A DNA stretch of 63,900 nucleotides, counting the filler, from Nitrospinota bacterium (GTDB taxonomy: Bacteria; JAUXIQ01): assembly GCA_030620925.1 (NCBI GenBank). It is 11 parts of 11 records of this genome, joined end to end, with 100 filler letters (N's around TTAATTAATTAA, not from the genome) between each part and the next. Parts side by side here need not be neighbours in the genome. Positions count along the whole stretch, not along the records: positions 51,724 to 63,900 come from JAUXIQ010000022.1; 10 more parts are not named here. One strand, written 5' to 3'. Position 1 is the stretch's first letter, and each line of letters begins with the position of its first letter. The translations under genes were made by a program, and so were the position numbers. Below, piece by piece: positions 60,909 to 63,900 of the stretch. The notes under the pieces are model-generated. The model saw only the letters and a program-made list of their open reading frames with translations, was not told where the DNA came from and did not search any database.

Positions 60909-61009
60909 ACAGGTTTTATTGCACGCCCTTTAGTAAGAAACTCCCTCAAATAAATCCTCCTTTTATTGTCATTTTGGATGAGGTGAATCTGCGGCACACG
61001 GGGTTCGCG

Positions 61010-61515
61010 GTAGGAGCGCCTTCCAGGCGCGACCGTAAGGGCGTATTACATACGCTCCACGAAGGCGGGATTGATCCCGTGGAACGCGGGACGCCTCTAC
61101 GAGAAATTGCTGGGGTCGTTGGGTGTCGTAGGGGCAACCCCCCCGCGGAAGGCGGGATTGCCCGTCATCGGTATTTATATTATTTGGGCAGGCACAGGGG
61201 CCTGCCCCTACGACAGTGTATCCTGTCATTCTGAGTCCCGCGTTTTGCGGGACGAAGAATCTCGCCTGCCCGAGCAAACCCTGTAGAGCTTTATTCTGCC
61301 CCCTCCCCTTAATCCCCTCCCACCTGTGGGAGGGGAGATTTATTGCTGGCGGAATCGCGGCAAGATGCCGCTCCTACATTGGATGTAGGAGCGCCTTCCA
61401 GGCGCGACCGTAGGAGCAAGGCTTGCCCTGCCCAGGGCGCTGTCCCGCTGCCGCCGGTCGGCCCTACGACTGTGTATCCTGTCATTCTGAACGAAGTCCT
61501 GCCTTCCGCGGGACG
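61010..61515. repeat. Mosaic cluster of REP-like elements (BIME-like)
   Basis: GTAGGAGCGCCTTCCAGGCGCGACCGTA at 61010 and 61385; CCCTACGAC.GTGTATCCTGTCATTCTGA at 61206 and 61462; GTAGGGGCAACC..TTGCCC; CCCCTCCC..GGGAGGGG; at least five mini-hairpins. Confidence 0.85.
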
Positions 61516-61651
61516 TTCCGCTAAGAATCGTATTTACGCGGTAGTTAGCGAGAACCTTTTTATGACATGGGTTTCTGTGACGTGGTAGACTTATGGGAAT
61601 TTTTTTGTGCCAGATGCGAATGATCGAATATGAAGCAAAGCGAGGGTAATC

Positions 61652-63616
61652 ATGCAGGGTTATGGTAATATTTTGCGTATAGACCTTTCCAGCGGGAACG
61701 TTAGCGAGCAGACTATCGAGCCGGAGCTGGCGGAGAGGTTCCTGGGCGGGGTGGGCATAAACGACTGGCTGCTGTGGGAACATTTCACCGCCGTCGACCC
61801 CAGGATCGACCCACTGGGGCCGGAAAACGTAATAATCATGGGTCTCGGCCCCCTTGGCGGCACGGCCACGGGCCTGGGCAGCAAGATGAAGTTTACCTTC
61901 AAGGGGCCGTTGTGCAACATGTTCGGCGACAGCGTGAGCGGAGGCAGCTTCGGGCCCATGTTGCGCTATGCAGGGTATGACCACCTGGTCATCACCGGCC
62001 GCGCGGAGAGGCCGGTCTATATCTGGATAGACGACGGCAGGGTGGAGATAAGGGACGCCTCATCCCTGTGGGGGAAGGGAGTACACGAGGCCACAGAGAC
62101 GATCCGGTCTGAGTTGGGCGACGCCGACGTCGCAGTGGCCTGCATCGGCCAGGGCGGGGAGAACCTGGTGCGCTACGCTTCGGTGACCGTCACCGAGGAA
62201 CGTTCCGCCGGCCGCACCGGTGCCGGCTGCGTGATGGGCTCCAAGAACCTGAAGGCGGTGGCCGCGAGGGGGAGCAAAGGCGTCGGCGTGCACGACCCCG
62301 CGGCCTTCATGGAGGCCGTGGACGATTTTTACCTCCGTCTGCGCAGCGACCCGTCGGAGTCTGACTTCCGCAAGAACGGTACCCTGAGGGCGGTGAACTT
62401 CTACGACAGGATTTATGGCAACGCTTTCCGCAACGGCCAGTACTCCAAGGTGCCCGATCAGAAGGTCAAGCTGCTCAAGGCTGAGTGGTTCATCGACAAT
62501 CTCAAGACTCAAGACATGGCCTGCTCCGTAGGCTGCACCGTGGGATGCTGCCACCTGTGCGAGATCAAGGGAGACGAATCCCCCGCAGCGGCTCGATTCG
62601 CCGGAGAGAGGGGCGATGGTCCGGAATACCTCACCGTGGCTTCTTTCGGAATGGGCTGCGACCTGCCGGACATGGCGGCAGTCACCCACCTGCACCACGT
62701 GTGCAACGACTACGGCGTGGACCTTGTGGAGATGGGCGGCATAATCTCTTTCCTGATGGAGCTCTGGGAGCGGGGGATAATAGACGAAAACGATTCGCAG
62801 CGCTGGCTGGGCCGTCCCCTTTCACTTGAATGGGGGAGCCTGGAGGCTGTGGAGGCCGTCATCCGCTCCATCGCCCTGCAGGAAAACGACCTGGGGAGGC
62901 TCTTTCAGAACGGCCTGCTCCCCGCGGCGCAGTCCATTACCGAGGATAAAGATTTTCCCGTAGAACAATATGCCGTCTACGGTAAGGGAGGCATCACCCT
63001 GCCCGAGGAGATAAGGTCTTATCCCATCTGGGCCATAAACTTCGCCGTGGCTTCCCGCGGGTGCGACCACCTGAAGGGCTATAACGTCATAGACAAGGCA
63101 TTCCGTACGGACATTTCCGAAGCGTGGTTGGGCAAGCCGGGTGCGGGCGTGGGCTACGTGCCCGACCTCAAGGGGGCGGCATCGGCTCACGCCGAGAACT
63201 ACACCGCCGCCGTGAACACCCTCGGCGTCTGCGTTTTCCGCACCGCCCGAGACCCGATGAACATTTCTCTGGACGTCCTGGCCGGGGCCTATCGCGCCCT
63301 CACCGGCCTGGAGATAAGCGGCGGGGAGATGTATACCATCGGGGAGCGGGTCTATAACCTGGAGAAAGCCTTTAACTCCAGGGTGGGACTCCGCAGGGAG
63401 GACGACCGCCTCTGCCGGCGATGGATGGAAGAGCCCGTTACCGGAGGACCCGGTAAGGGCATGAAGGCGGGAGACTATTTCCATGAGCTCCTCGATGAAT
63501 ACTACCTGCATAAAGGCTGGGACGTGAAGACCTCTCTACAAACTCGCCGGAAGCTCATGGAGCTGGGGTTGGAGGATGTCGTCGCCGTCCTTGAAAAAGA
63601 GGACGCCGTAGTCTGA
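61652..63616 (+). CDS. Aldehyde:ferredoxin oxidoreductase family (tungsten enzyme)
   Basis: FLGG.G, DPLGPEN, AGRTG.G.VMGSKNLKA, C..C...C, RGCDH, D.L..R, YY..GW. Confidence 0.93.
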   Translation: MQGYGNILRIDLSSGNVSEQTIEPELAERFLGGVGINDWLLWEHFTAVDPRIDPLGPENVIIMGLGPLGGTATGLGSKMKFTFKGPLCNMFGDSVSGGSFGPMLRYAGYDHLVITGRAERPVYIWIDDGRVEIRDASSLWGKGVHEATETIRSELGDADVAVACIGQGGENLVRYASVTVTEERSAGRTGAGCVMGSKNLKAVAARGSKGVGVHDPAAFMEAVDDFYLRLRSDPSESDFRKNGTLRAVNFYDRIYGNAFRNGQYSKVPDQKVKLLKAEWFIDNLKTQDMACSVGCTVGCCHLCEIKGDESPAAARFAGERGDGPEYLTVASFGMGCDLPDMAAVTHLHHVCNDYGVDLVEMGGIISFLMELWERGIIDENDSQRWLGRPLSLEWGSLEAVEAVIRSIALQENDLGRLFQNGLLPAAQSITEDKDFPVEQYAVYGKGGITLPEEIRSYPIWAINFAVASRGCDHLKGYNVIDKAFRTDISEAWLGKPGAGVGYVPDLKGAASAHAENYTAAVNTLGVCVFRTARDPMNISLDVLAGAYRALTGLEISGGEMYTIGERVYNLEKAFNSRVGLRREDDRLCRRWMEEPVTGGPGKGMKAGDYFHELLDEYYLHKGWDVKTSLQTRRKLMELGLEDVVAVLEKEDAVV

Positions 63617-63640
63617 CCTTCTCCACACAAGCCTGACCCA

Positions 63641-63899
63641 TCATTTCAGCTTTTCCAGGGCCTCTTCCAGGAACGCCTCCGCCAGTTTGTAATCCACCTC
63701 TATCCACAGGAGGTCCTTACCCCGGCGGTATATGAAGTGCCGTTTATCATTGCCGAACAGGGAGACCACTTTACTCTCTTTAACGGTGAGTTCCTTGAAG
63801 TGACCGTAAGGTCCAGCCCCGGCCCTGATCCTTTCCACCATGCGTTCGAATAGCGCCGCGGCCCTATTATCCTCTTTTGAACGTGATATCCATACGGTG
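63641..63899 (-). CDS. Hypothetical protein, C-terminal part (runs off the window)
   Basis: Frame open to the window end: TVWISRSKEDNRAAALFERMVERI...HFIYRRGKDLLWI. Confidence 0.6.
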   Translation of the reverse strand, partial: TVWISRSKEDNRAAALFERMVERIRAGAGPYGHFKELTVKESKVVSLFGNDKRHFIYRRGKDLLWIEVDYKLAEAFLEEALEKLK

Positions 63900-63900
63900 G

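Noticed and set aside
61010-61515. Possible CRISPR array
   Set aside because: Each repeat occurs only twice, spacing is irregular, units are palindromic REPs, and no cas genes are present.
12064-63616. Selenocysteine or pyrrolysine read-through in redox proteins (AhpD, ferredoxin, AOR)
   Set aside because: The relevant positions are ordinary Cys codons and no gene appears truncated at an in-frame TGA or TAG.

Overview
This window is an artificial concatenation of 11 short contigs joined by ten 100-nt linkers (N44-TTAATTAATTAA-N44, stops in all six frames), so adjacency across linkers is not biological evidence. The DNA is moderately GC-rich and appears to come from an anaerobic bacterium with a deltaproteobacteria/Nitrospinota-like gene repertoire (inference). 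Housekeeping content: initiator tRNA-Met, ftsB, eno, hemL, mtnP, nadK, recN, nfnAB, aspC, coaD, carAB, mltG, tatA and relA. Organic-acid and acyl-CoA metabolism: two crotonases, an acyl-CoA dehydrogenase, a nitronate monooxygenase/FabK-like enzyme, a tungsten AOR-family enzyme and two tandem B12-dependent acyl-CoA mutase large subunits. Signalling: an MCP, CheW, PAS/GAF sensors and a Crp/Fnr regulator. Also present are an archease-amrB-amrS cluster, an M16 peptidase pair and a prkA-yeaH-spoVR operon. The most notable observations are: (1) tandem acyl-CoA mutase paralogues whose substrate-determining motifs differ from MCM, ICM and HCM; (2) several intergenic REP-like repeat families that carry a ~16-nt TCCCGC-N-GCGGGA mini-hairpin nested inside them; (3) candidate structured leaders or ncRNAs upstream of nfnAB, carAB and cheW; (4) a possible ATT start codon for carB; (5) integrase arm-like repeats beside the tRNA 3' end. 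No CRISPR array, rRNA or intact transposase was seen.
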